From contig LVZN01000022.1 in the NCBI GenBank assembly GCA_001695645.1, positions 1 to 28,240 on the forward strand: a stretch of DNA of 28,240 nucleotides. Reading direction: 5' to 3'. Below, one piece after another: positions 17,484 through 25,494 of the stretch. Below the pieces are notes generated by a model. That model was given only the letters and a program-made list of their open reading frames with translations. It had not been told where the DNA came from and ran no database searches. The DNA is from Erysipelotrichaceae bacterium MTC7. GTDB taxonomy: Bacteria > Bacillota_I > Bacilli_A > Erysipelotrichales > Erysipelotrichaceae. Position 1 is the stretch's first letter. Each line of letters begins with the position of its first letter. The translations under genes and the position numbers were made by a program.

Positions 17484-17721
17484 TTTCGTTGTCCTCCGCA
17501 AAAGCCATAATGACCTCTTCAATCATTTCCCACTCTTGATCTGTTTCTACTGGTAATAAGCTTCCATCTTCATCGTATGCAGAAGCGAAAACCTCATCGT
17601 CTACTGGGTTCATTTCTTGAAATACGACATATTTCTTGTCACCATTTTCAAACGTGAAAAGGATACGCATTTCTTTTTCTACTCCATTTTCATCTTGGAT
17701 AAACATTGTATTTGATTCCAT
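17476..17721 (-). CDS. DUF1292-family small acidic protein (YrzB-like)
   Basis: The ORF reads DENGVEKEMRILFTFE...KKYVVFQE...EVFASAYDEDG.L......EWEMIEEV. It sits between ruvX and mltG, as in Bacillus. The start is ATG at 17721 after GAGGAGAG. The ORF-track TTG at 17739 is rejected. Confidence 0.8.
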   Translation of the reverse strand: MESNTMFIQDENGVEKEMRILFTFENGDKKYVVFQEMNPVDDEVFASAYDEDGSLLPVETDQEWEMIEEVIMAFAEDNESV

Positions 17722-17744
17722 TTTACTCTCCTCTAACAAAACAA

Positions 17745-17767
17745 GGGCTTGCGCCCTAGTTTTTACT
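17745..17767 (-). terminator. Short GC hairpin with GNRA loop plus U-rich tract between ruvX and the DUF1292 gene (attenuator/stability element?)
   Basis: The minus strand reads AGGGC-GCAA-GCCCT followed by TGTTTTGTT. The stem overlaps the ruvX TAG stop. The stem is only 5 bp. Confidence 0.3.
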
Positions 17768-18172
17768 ATTCAAATAGTCTTGCAGAATGGTTACTGCTGC
17801 AAGTTGGTCAATGACCTTTTTACGCTTTTTACGAGAAACATCTGCATGAATTAACGTTCTTTCAGCCGATACGGTTGTTAGGCGTTCATCCCAAAGGATC
17901 ACATTCATACCGTTGTCTTCTAGACGTTCTTTAAAGTCAATTGAGATTTCTCCGCGTATGCCGACATCCCCATTCATGTGCTTTGGTAAACCTAACACGA
18001 TGGTCTTGACAGACATTTCTTTGGCAATTGCTAGCACTTGTGCTAAACAGTCGTCATAATCGTTTTCTTGAAAACGAATCGTTTTTACTGCAGAAGCAAG
18101 GATGCCCATAAAATCGCTTACAGCAACTCCACAGGTAACACTTCCAAGATCGAGTCCGAGTATTTTTTCCAT
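17756..18172 (-). CDS. ruvX: Putative pre-16S rRNA nuclease / Holliday junction resolvase-like protein RuvX (YqgF)
   Basis: MEKILGLDLGSVTCGVAVSD and ERLTT.SAER are YqgF-family motifs. The ATG at 18172 lies 1 nt after the ireB stop. The ORF-track start at 18196 is over-extended. Confidence 0.88.
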   Translation of the reverse strand: MEKILGLDLGSVTCGVAVSDFMGILASAVKTIRFQENDYDDCLAQVLAIAKEMSVKTIVLGLPKHMNGDVGIRGEISIDFKERLEDNGMNVILWDERLTTVSAERTLIHADVSRKKRKKVIDQLAAVTILQDYLNSKN

Positions 18173-18173
18173 A

Positions 18174-18440
18174 CTATTCTTCGTTCTTAATTGCACTTAG
18201 GTAAAAACGTACAAGTTCTTCAATAATCTCGTAACGGTCTGCACCTTGAATAATCGTACGTGCATTCTTATGTGAAGAAATATACGCAGGATCGTTTGAG
18301 ATTAAGTAACCAGAAATCTGGTTGACAGAATTATAACCACGCTCTTCTAATGCTTCTTGAACCAAACGTAATACATGTTTGATGTTATCTTTTTTAAAGT
18401 CATCAGAAGTAAATGCCATTGTTTGTGTTGTATCTTTCAT
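18174..18440 (-). CDS. ireB: IreB-family regulatory phosphoprotein (UPF0297/DUF965, YrzL-like)
   Basis: The 88-aa ORF reads ...V..ALEERGYN.VNQI.GYL.S.DPAYI..H.NAR. Its position between alaS and ruvX is conserved. Confidence 0.8.
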   Translation of the reverse strand: MKDTTQTMAFTSDDFKKDNIKHVLRLVQEALEERGYNSVNQISGYLISNDPAYISSHKNARTIIQGADRYEIIEELVRFYLSAIKNEE

Positions 18441-18499
18441 GATAATACCCCCTTATTCGGATACGTATATTTTACAACATTTACAGACGCTTGGAAAGT

Positions 18500-21130
18500 T
18501 TAAAGCGACATTCCTAACGTTTTCTTTACAGATTTTAAGGCTTCATCTACTTTTGAGGCGTCTTTTCCACCAGCTTGCGCTAAATCTGGACGTCCTCCAC
18601 CATTTCCACCGCAAATTTGTGCAGCCTCTTTTACAAGGTTTCCACAGTGGATGTTTTTAGCAACTACGTCTTTACTTGCCGCAGCCACAAAGACAACTTT
18701 GTTGTCATCATAACTTGCAAGGAATACCACAGCTGAACCAAGTTTATCTTTCATTGTATTTGCCATGTCTTTCAATGCAGAACCATCAGCATTTGCGATT
18801 GCTTTGACTAATACTTTGTATCCATCAACCTCAACTGCTTCATTCAATAAGTTATCTGCTTCACTTTGCATCGCTTTTGCTTCTAAATTACTGATTTGTT
18901 TTTGTAAGTCTTTTAGTTCTTCTTGTAATGCTTTAACTTTATCTTCAACACCAACCACCGTTTTCATTTTTAAGTTACTAGCAATGGTTTTAAGTGAAGT
19001 TTCACTTTCTTTAAATCCTTCGTAAGCAGCATATCCTGTTTTAGCAACCATACGGCGTACCCCAGATCCAATCGATTCCTCAGAAACGATTTTAAATACA
19101 CCAATGCTTCCTGTGTGATCCACATGGCATCCACCACAGAATTCCATCGATACATCACCCATGCTCACAATACGAACTTCATCACCATATTTTTCATCAA
19201 ACATGGCTGTTGCACCTGTTTTCTTAGCATCCTCAATATTCATGTATTCAATATTCACATCATTGTCCATTTCAATAAACGCATTTACTGTAGCCTCTAC
19301 TTCACGAAGTTGTTCATCACTTACTTTTTCAAAGTGCGTAAAGTCAAAACGTAAGTATTCATCGCTTACATATGAACCAGCTTGGCCAATATGATCACCG
19401 ATTACTTGTTTCAGTGCACTTTGTAGCAAGTGGGTTGCGCTGTGATTACGCGTTGTTAAAACACGTGTTTTCTTGTCAACAGCAAGACTTACAACATCAC
19501 CAACTTGTAAAGTAACATCATCCAATTCAACGGTGTGTAAGAATTGTCCTTGTGGTGCTTTTTTCACATCAAGGACTGCATATGCTTCACCTTCAAAATT
19601 TACAACACCTTTATCGGCAACCTGTCCTCCACTCTCTGCATAGAATGGTGTTTGATCAAAGATCACTTCACCTGTTTCAGTTAGTGAATCAACTTTCTTC
19701 CCATCTTTGAATACACCAATAACTGTCGCTTTTGCTTCTAGGTTATCGTATCCAATAAATGTGCTTTCTTTATCAAATGCCATTAAGTCAGGAGATTGAC
19801 TTGTCATAGAACCAGATTCTCCACGTGCATTACGCGCACGATCACGTTGTGCTTGCATTTGTGCATCAAAACCTTCTTTATCAATACTTACACCTTCATC
19901 TGCTAGAATTTCTTGTGTAAGTTCATATGGGAATCCATACGTATCATAAAGTTTGAAGGCAACTTCACCAGAGAACACGTTTCCATCCATTTTTTCAAGT
20001 TCTTCGTTTAATAGTTTTTCACCGTGATTCAATGTTTTATGGAACGTTTCTTCCTCTGTTTTGATTAAGTTTTCGTTAAAACCAATCTTATCCATTAAAT
20101 ACGGGTAGTAGTCTTTCATGTTTTCCGAAACAATCGATACCAAGTCGTACATAAATGGTTTATCCAAACCAAGTTTAATTCCATAACGAACGGCACGGCG
20201 AAGCACACGACGAAGTACATATCCACGCCCTGTATTGGCAAACATTGCACCATCACTTAAGGCAAAGACAACCGTACGGATGTGGTCAGCAATGACGCGA
20301 TATGCCATTTTGTATTCCCCTTCGTAAGGGTGACTTGCAATTTTTTCTACTTCTTTAATAATTGGCATAAATAAGTCAGTATCGAAGTTTGTTTCTCCAC
20401 CTTGAACAATCGATACCAAACGTTCAAGTCCCATTCCCGTATCAATATTCTTTTGCGGTAGTTCTTTATATTCGCTTCTTGGCACAGCTGGGTTTGCATC
20501 GTATTGTGAGAATACAACATTCCACACCTCAATGTAACGATCATTTTCTAATTCATCAAAGAATAGTTTTTCACCAATGTTATCTGGATCATATGCTTCT
20601 CCACGATCATAGAAAATTTCGCTATCTGGCCCACTAGGTCCAGCACCAATTTCCCAGAAATTTCCATCTGTTTTTAATATATGACTTGGATCCACACCAA
20701 TTTCATTAACCCATGTGTCATATGCAACCGTATCATCCGTATAAACCGAAATGTACATTTTCTCTTTTTCCATTCCGATATATTCTGGACTTGTTAGAAA
20801 TTCCCAAGCAAAGTGAATTGCTTCTTTTTTAAAGTAATCACCAATCGAGAAGTTTCCTAACATTTCAAAGAATGTATGGTGACGTGCCGTTTTCCCAACA
20901 TTTTCAATATCGTTGGTACGGATACTTTTTTGTGCATTGGCAATGCGGTTACTCTTTGGCGTTTCACTACCATCAAAGTATTTCTTCAGTGCAGCAACCC
21001 CAGCGTTGATCCATAACAATGTCGGATCGTTGTGCGGGATTAGTGATGCTCCTGGTTCAATCATATGTCCATTCTTTGCAAAATAATCCAAGAATAACTG
21101 TCGTATTTCATTTCCACTTCTGTATTTCAT
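18500..21130 (-). CDS. alaS: Alanine--tRNA ligase
   Basis: The ORF has MKYRSGNEIRQLFLDYFAKNGH, FTNAGM-like WINAGV, HHTFFEMLGNFS, the editing-domain HSATHLL...CGGCH, and a C-terminal DHHA1 with GGGRPDLAQAGG. A GGAGGA SD precedes the ATG at 21130. The ORF-track start at 21259 runs into the T-box leader. Confidence 0.95.
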   Translation of the reverse strand: MKYRSGNEIRQLFLDYFAKNGHMIEPGASLIPHNDPTLLWINAGVAALKKYFDGSETPKSNRIANAQKSIRTNDIENVGKTARHHTFFEMLGNFSIGDYFKKEAIHFAWEFLTSPEYIGMEKEKMYISVYTDDTVAYDTWVNEIGVDPSHILKTDGNFWEIGAGPSGPDSEIFYDRGEAYDPDNIGEKLFFDELENDRYIEVWNVVFSQYDANPAVPRSEYKELPQKNIDTGMGLERLVSIVQGGETNFDTDLFMPIIKEVEKIASHPYEGEYKMAYRVIADHIRTVVFALSDGAMFANTGRGYVLRRVLRRAVRYGIKLGLDKPFMYDLVSIVSENMKDYYPYLMDKIGFNENLIKTEEETFHKTLNHGEKLLNEELEKMDGNVFSGEVAFKLYDTYGFPYELTQEILADEGVSIDKEGFDAQMQAQRDRARNARGESGSMTSQSPDLMAFDKESTFIGYDNLEAKATVIGVFKDGKKVDSLTETGEVIFDQTPFYAESGGQVADKGVVNFEGEAYAVLDVKKAPQGQFLHTVELDDVTLQVGDVVSLAVDKKTRVLTTRNHSATHLLQSALKQVIGDHIGQAGSYVSDEYLRFDFTHFEKVSDEQLREVEATVNAFIEMDNDVNIEYMNIEDAKKTGATAMFDEKYGDEVRIVSMGDVSMEFCGGCHVDHTGSIGVFKIVSEESIGSGVRRMVAKTGYAAYEGFKESETSLKTIASNLKMKTVVGVEDKVKALQEELKDLQKQISNLEAKAMQSEADNLLNEAVEVDGYKVLVKAIANADGSALKDMANTMKDKLGSAVVFLASYDDNKVVFVAAASKDVVAKNIHCGNLVKEAAQICGGNGGGRPDLAQAGGKDASKVDEALKSVKKTLGMSL

Positions 21131-21150
21131 CTTTTTTCCTCCATAACAAT

Positions 21151-21352
21151 AAAAAAACGTTCCCAATAACAGGAACGTGAATACGCGGTACCATCCTGAT
21201 TCATAGATTTCTCTATGCACCTTAATTATCTGTATCGTAGATGTACGATTAAACTCCAAAGTAGCTTCCCTAGCTTGTTTCTAAAAGCTTTCACCAACCG
21301 CTTTTTCTCTACATAGACAGTCTTCTAGGTACTCATCTTTTTCACTGTTTAC
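21151..21352 (-). promoter_or_regulatory. T-box riboswitch leader, alanine-specific (GCU specifier), controlling alaS
   Basis: All elements are read on the minus strand. The K-turn GA motif is GATGAGTA. The helix is CCTAG/CTAGG. The AG bulge is AGAGA and the distal loop is GGTGAAAGC. The specifier loop is GAA-GCT-A (GCU at 21263-21265). The T-box sequence ATCAGGATGGTACCGCG lies at 21184-21200 and includes UGGU. The terminator ACGTTCC-N8-GGAACGT plus T7 lies at 21151-21178. Confidence 0.88.
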
Positions 21353-21358
21353 GCTAGA

Positions 21359-21387
21359 ATTGTAGCATACTTAAACTTGCTTATCAA
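21359..21387 (-). promoter_or_regulatory. alaS/T-box promoter TTGATA-17-TGcTACAAT
   Basis: On the minus strand, TTGATA at 21382-21387 lies inside the last codons (L-D-K) of the upstream MFS gene. It is followed by a 17-nt spacer containing the extended TG, then TACAAT at 21359-21364. Confidence 0.65.
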
Positions 21388-22588
21388 GGTTTCTCACACT
21401 TTTTAAACAGATTGATAAACCGACGATTGCTAGACTTACAACACCGGTTAAAACAAACCAAGAAGGAACACCAAAGCGACTTGTATAAAGTGCAGCCAAA
21501 GCCAAACCAATGGGCGAAGCTAATGTCATGAGTGACATGGAAACACTTGTGACCCGACCTAAATAGGCTGGTTGGATTTTCTCTTGCATTAATGCCATAA
21601 ACGTGGCATTGAAAAACGGTCCACTAAAACCAAAGAGTATGGATAGTAATGCAAATATGGTAAATGCATTTGTTGGTAAGATGCCTTGTAATATCGTCAC
21701 AATGGAGAATAGTGCAACCGCTCCATAGATGGTAATCATTTTATTTTTACTACCACCCCAAACACCTAAAACCAATCCACCTACCAACATCCCAACCGCA
21801 AACAAAGTTTCTACCAAACCTGCATGAGAAATGGTTTTCCCAAAATACTCTGTACTCATTAGCGGAAAGAATGTACCAATAGGAATCATAAAGATTTGAC
21901 AAACTGAGACAAGTATTACTAGATAAAACAAACCTTTGTTAGACATTAAAGTTTGCAACCCTGCTTTGGTGTCTTGTAACATCATCAAAGGTTGAGCTTC
22001 CTGCTCATAAAGTCGTGGAATAAAGGTGATTGCAACACTTGCAACACCAACGATAGCACCAATCACATCTAAAGACAATATCATCCAAAATGGAGCAATC
22101 GCATAAAGTGCAGCGGAAATGGCTGGACTTAAAATAAACGAGATGGATTGTAAAGCATTGGTGTATCCATTTGCCTTACTTAAATAGTCCGTGGGTACCA
22201 TAAGTGGTGTAACTGCATTTAGACATGGTTGATGAAACGTTTGACCTAATGAACGTACAAAAATCACAAAATAAATCACCCACGTTGGTAAACTTCCGCC
22301 CAGTGCAATTGCAATTGCAACCAGTGTTGTTAAGGCAATGATGCCATCAGCAACCATCATGATCACCTTACGATTGTTGCGGTCTACAAAACTACCAGCA
22401 AACGGTCCCAAAAATGCCATTGGTAAATAGGCAATCATTGTAGCAATCGATAAAGCGACTGCAGATCCTGTTGTATCTGTGATGTACCAAATAAATGCAT
22501 ATTGAACAACTGCACTTGTCAGTAACGATATGGCTTGACCTCCCCATAGGGTAAAGAAATTCTTTTTCCATTGTTTTATTTCATTCAT
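21371..22588 (-). CDS. MFS transporter, DHA3 / Mef(A)-like macrolide-efflux family
   Basis: The ORF is 405 aa with about 12 predicted TM segments. The N-terminus WKKNFFTLWGGQAISLLTSAVVQYAFIWYITDTTGSAVALS...LPMAFLGPFAGSFVDRNNRKVIM closely parallels my recollection of Mef(A) (WKRKFYAIWAGQAVSLITSAILQ...TGSA...VDRHDRKKIM). An AGAGG SD is present. Confidence 0.8.
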   Translation of the reverse strand: MNEIKQWKKNFFTLWGGQAISLLTSAVVQYAFIWYITDTTGSAVALSIATMIAYLPMAFLGPFAGSFVDRNNRKVIMMVADGIIALTTLVAIAIALGGSLPTWVIYFVIFVRSLGQTFHQPCLNAVTPLMVPTDYLSKANGYTNALQSISFILSPAISAALYAIAPFWMILSLDVIGAIVGVASVAITFIPRLYEQEAQPLMMLQDTKAGLQTLMSNKGLFYLVILVSVCQIFMIPIGTFFPLMSTEYFGKTISHAGLVETLFAVGMLVGGLVLGVWGGSKNKMITIYGAVALFSIVTILQGILPTNAFTIFALLSILFGFSGPFFNATFMALMQEKIQPAYLGRVTSVSMSLMTLASPIGLALAALYTSRFGVPSWFVLTGVVSLAIVGLSICLKSVRNLDKQV

Positions 22589-22610
22589 ATTTCTACCTCT
22601 TTTCGAGTTA

Positions 22611-22639
22611 AGTCTAGCGCATTAGCATGGTTGTAACAA
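22611..22639 (-). promoter_or_regulatory. Candidate promoter for the MFS gene (TTGTTA-17-TAGACT)
   Basis: The hexamers are read on the minus strand with a 17-nt spacer, about 22 nt upstream of the ATG. The match to consensus is only moderate. Confidence 0.3.
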
Positions 22640-22731
22640 TGTGTTGAACCTAAGTGGTATGAATCAACCACCAACTGGTAAGAAAAAGACTGTCAAACTA
22701 TAACTGATAGTTGTTCATTTTCACTGAACTT

Positions 22732-23172
22732 TTATTTGAAGTTATTCCACACCTCCAAAACAAGTTGGATGCATTCATCATAACTCATACCAACATCAGC
22801 AAGTATTGCATCAAACTGCTTCTTCGCTTGTGGATCAATTGCTTCATCATTGGTTGAAACAATAACGTTTTCATTTTGATCAACGCACAAAATTCCTTTC
22901 TCTACCACTGGAGCATCTTTTGTGTCCACAATAAATTGTAGTGTTACGTGTTTTGGCTTTTCACTTTTTGCAAATTGATATGCTTCGTTTGTAAATTCCA
23001 CAGTTGTTGTATCAATCCCTGCAACCCGACTTGCAGAAACATCAAAATCATTTTGTTGCATGCGCGCTACTTTATCATCTGTATTCGTTAACACACATGA
23101 AGTGCAAAATAATATACATAGCAATAAACTTACAAATCGTCGAATATGTACTCTTGTCGTTTTTGTTTTCAT
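22732..23172 (-). CDS. Hypothetical secreted protein / putative lipoprotein, 146 aa
   Basis: The ORF has a basic N-terminus (KTKTTRVHIRRF) and a hydrophobic h-region (VSLLLCILFC), then TSC, a lipobox-like Cys. An AGGGGA SD is present. The mature part matches no family I recognise. Confidence 0.65.
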   Translation of the reverse strand: MKTKTTRVHIRRFVSLLLCILFCTSCVLTNTDDKVARMQQNDFDVSASRVAGIDTTTVEFTNEAYQFAKSEKPKHVTLQFIVDTKDAPVVEKGILCVDQNENVIVSTNDEAIDPQAKKQFDAILADVGMSYDECIQLVLEVWNNFK

Positions 23173-23284
23173 GATTTTCCCCTATTTACATATCATACGC
23201 ACAATTGGATCAATGATTTTGTACGTGTTTTATTAATTTCATACTACCATACTTACTTTTTTATTGCTATATTAGCTAAACCAC

Positions 23285-23311
23285 AAAAAAACCAACCCCT
23301 TTGGGTTGGTT
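23285..23311 (-). terminator. Intrinsic terminator of recD2
   Basis: The minus strand reads AACCAACCC-AAAG-GGGTTGGTT followed by T7, beginning 7 nt after the recD2 stop. Confidence 0.85.
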
Positions 23312-23318
23312 TGATAAA

Positions 23319-25487
23319 CTAATCAATGAGTTGTTGAATGCGTTGCAACAAACTTGTTTTTCGATCTTGCGTATCAACTCTAGATACACCCTTTTGCAAG
23401 TATGCTTCACTTCCAAGTAAAACAAGCGAACGTTTAGCTCTAGTCACTCCAGTGTAGATAAGTCGACGTTGCAACATATAACTGTAATCTTTAAGAATTG
23501 GCATAATGACAATTGGATATTCGCTTCCCTGCGCTTTATGGATGGAAATGCAATACGCATGGGTTAAATTCGTAAATGTTTCAGGCGTATACTCCACAAT
23601 GGTTCCATCAAAATCTACGACCATTCGTGCTTGATGATCCACGGTTTCTTGCGCCGTAACAATTTCAAGGATACGACCAATATCACCATTGAACACATAT
23701 TCATCAGGTTGATTTTTCAGTTGCAATACTTTATCATTCTCACGAAATGTACGATACCCGAAATGCAGTTCATTTTTTTCATAACTGCGCGGGTTGCACA
23801 GGTTTTGCATCGCTTTATTAATCGCATCAATTCCAGCCACTCCATTGTACATTGGGGCAAGAATTTGGATATCCATTTCATCGTAGCTTTTTTCAAGTGC
23901 ACTTTGCACGATCTTTCCTACGAGTTCTTTCACTTGATAGTTTTCACAAGGATACATCTTTACATCACTTTCGCCGTGAATGGATGTAATTTGTCCTTCT
24001 TTGATTTCATGGGCAAGTTCAATCACTTCGCTACCTTCACTTTGACGGTAGATATGGTCAAGACGCGTGACTGGGCATAAAGAAGAACGCAACAAGTCAC
24101 GTAAAACGAATCCAGGTCCTACGGATGGTAATTGATCCTCATCTCCAATCAACAAGATACGTGATACTTTTGCACTTGCTTTAATTAAATTGTAAAACAA
24201 CCAGTTATCGACCATGGAAAACTCATCAACAATAATAAAGTCTGCTTCGATTGGGTCATGTTCATCGACCGCAAAAGTATTGCTCTCTAAATCCCATTTT
24301 AAGAGCGAATGAATGGTCATTGCATCAATTCCCGCCAGTTCCTTCAAACGTTTGGCAGCACGTCCCGTTGGTGCACACAACGCAATGTTTGCATATGGAA
24401 ACAAATCTTTATAAATATCAATGATTGCTTTCACGATTGTTGTTTTCCCGGTTCCTGGTCCACCCGTCAGAATCGATAGTGGAGCTTTGAAACTTGTTGC
24501 AATTGCTTCTTTCTGTTTATCGTTATAGATGATTTGCATATCACTTGCGTGTTGATCAATTTTCGCTTCAATCTCTTTACCATCTTTTTTGATGAACTCC
24601 ACTTGCGGGAAATGTACCAACGTGTGTGCAATTCCTGTTTCCGCTTCATATTGACTAATGTGATACAAATGTTCATCTTCAACCACAATTGCATTTTCAA
24701 ACTCTAAATCAGAGATGTACATTTCAAACTCTTCACTTTCGATAAAGCCAAATTCTTTTTGGATACGCTTTTCTACTTCACTTTGTGCAACGTAGGTATT
24801 TCCGGTATTCATACACAGTTGCATCACCAAGGCACCGATTGCTGCTTTGATACGTTCCGGATCTTTAGCATCAAACCCTAATTTCATCGCAATTTTATCC
24901 GCCGTTTTAAACCCAATTCCATCTATGTCATACACTAAGCGGTACGGGTTTTTCTTAATGATTTCAATGGCTTGTTTGTCGTATACACTTTCGATTTTTA
25001 AAATATTTCTCTGACTTACACCAAATTGCGTTAAAAAGACAATCGAATCATCCATCGTATGATGAATGCCTTCTTCAACTGCTTGTATTTGTTTTTCACT
25101 TAACCCAGGAACTTGACGTAACACCTGCACATCTTCACGAATCAATTGAATGGCTTGCTCCCCAAGTGCTTGTACAATCTTTTCTGCTGCCTTTTTTCCA
25201 ACCCCTGAAAACAAAGCACTAGAAAAAAAACGAATGAGAGCTTCTGCATCACTTGGTAACACTTTTTCATAACTCTCACAAGCAAATTGTAATCCATAAC
25301 GTGGATGTTCTTTATATCCACCGGTCAATCGATACAATTGATTTTCTAAGATTTCTGAAAAGTATCCAGTAATGGTAAACTTTTTTTCGTTTTTTTCATT
25401 CGTTTTAAACTTTGCGACGGTATAGTGGTCACTTTGAAAAATGATAGCAACAAAGAATCCCTCTATACTAAGTTTATTATCGTCCAT
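23319..25487 (-). CDS. recD2: ATP-dependent RecD-like DNA helicase (SF1B, RecD2/YrrC)
   Basis: The N-terminal OB/HhH region is present. The ORF also has Walker A GGPGTGKTT, CAPTGRAAKRL, IIVDEFSMV, LIGDEDQLPSVGPG and the C-terminal SIHKAQGSEYP...LIYTGVTRAK motifs. A GGAGA SD is present. Confidence 0.92.
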   Translation of the reverse strand: MDDNKLSIEGFFVAIIFQSDHYTVAKFKTNEKNEKKFTITGYFSEILENQLYRLTGGYKEHPRYGLQFACESYEKVLPSDAEALIRFFSSALFSGVGKKAAEKIVQALGEQAIQLIREDVQVLRQVPGLSEKQIQAVEEGIHHTMDDSIVFLTQFGVSQRNILKIESVYDKQAIEIIKKNPYRLVYDIDGIGFKTADKIAMKLGFDAKDPERIKAAIGALVMQLCMNTGNTYVAQSEVEKRIQKEFGFIESEEFEMYISDLEFENAIVVEDEHLYHISQYEAETGIAHTLVHFPQVEFIKKDGKEIEAKIDQHASDMQIIYNDKQKEAIATSFKAPLSILTGGPGTGKTTIVKAIIDIYKDLFPYANIALCAPTGRAAKRLKELAGIDAMTIHSLLKWDLESNTFAVDEHDPIEADFIIVDEFSMVDNWLFYNLIKASAKVSRILLIGDEDQLPSVGPGFVLRDLLRSSLCPVTRLDHIYRQSEGSEVIELAHEIKEGQITSIHGESDVKMYPCENYQVKELVGKIVQSALEKSYDEMDIQILAPMYNGVAGIDAINKAMQNLCNPRSYEKNELHFGYRTFRENDKVLQLKNQPDEYVFNGDIGRILEIVTAQETVDHQARMVVDFDGTIVEYTPETFTNLTHAYCISIHKAQGSEYPIVIMPILKDYSYMLQRRLIYTGVTRAKRSLVLLGSEAYLQKGVSRVDTQDRKTSLLQRIQQLID

Positions 25488-25494
25488 ATATCTC

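Noticed and set aside
18071-18085. A 15-bp palindrome AAAACGAATCGTTTT inside ruvX, loosely cre-like.
   Set aside because: It fails the cre consensus (TGWAANCGNTNWCA) at several fixed positions. It lies mid-gene, which is consistent with chance.
19458-19471. A perfect 14-bp palindrome AAAACACGTGTTTT inside alaS.
   Set aside because: The flanks are the reverse of parS (AAAA-CACGTG-TTTT rather than TTTCACGTGAAA). About one such palindrome is expected by chance in 28 kb of AT-rich DNA, and it lies within conserved coding sequence.
21131-21259. A 43-codon N-terminal extension of AlaS in the ORF track (MEFNRTSTIQ...).
   Set aside because: The extension is translated from the T-box leader and runs across its terminator. 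The conserved AlaS N-terminus (MKYRSGNEIRQLF) starts at 21130 behind a GGAGGA SD.
22589-22731. Possible regulatory leader peptides upstream of the Mef-like MFS gene: MNNYQL at 22698-22718 and MLMR at 22614-22628, both on the minus strand.
   Set aside because: Neither mini-ORF has an SD. I could not find alternative terminator/antiterminator pairings of the kind seen in macrolide-inducible leaders.
23631-24080. A 149-aa plus-strand ORF antisense to recD2. Similar shadow ORFs occur at 14339-14833, 18765-19394 and 26213-26661.
   Set aside because: All lie fully inside well-supported genes on the opposite strand. None has a ribosome-binding site or a recognisable motif.
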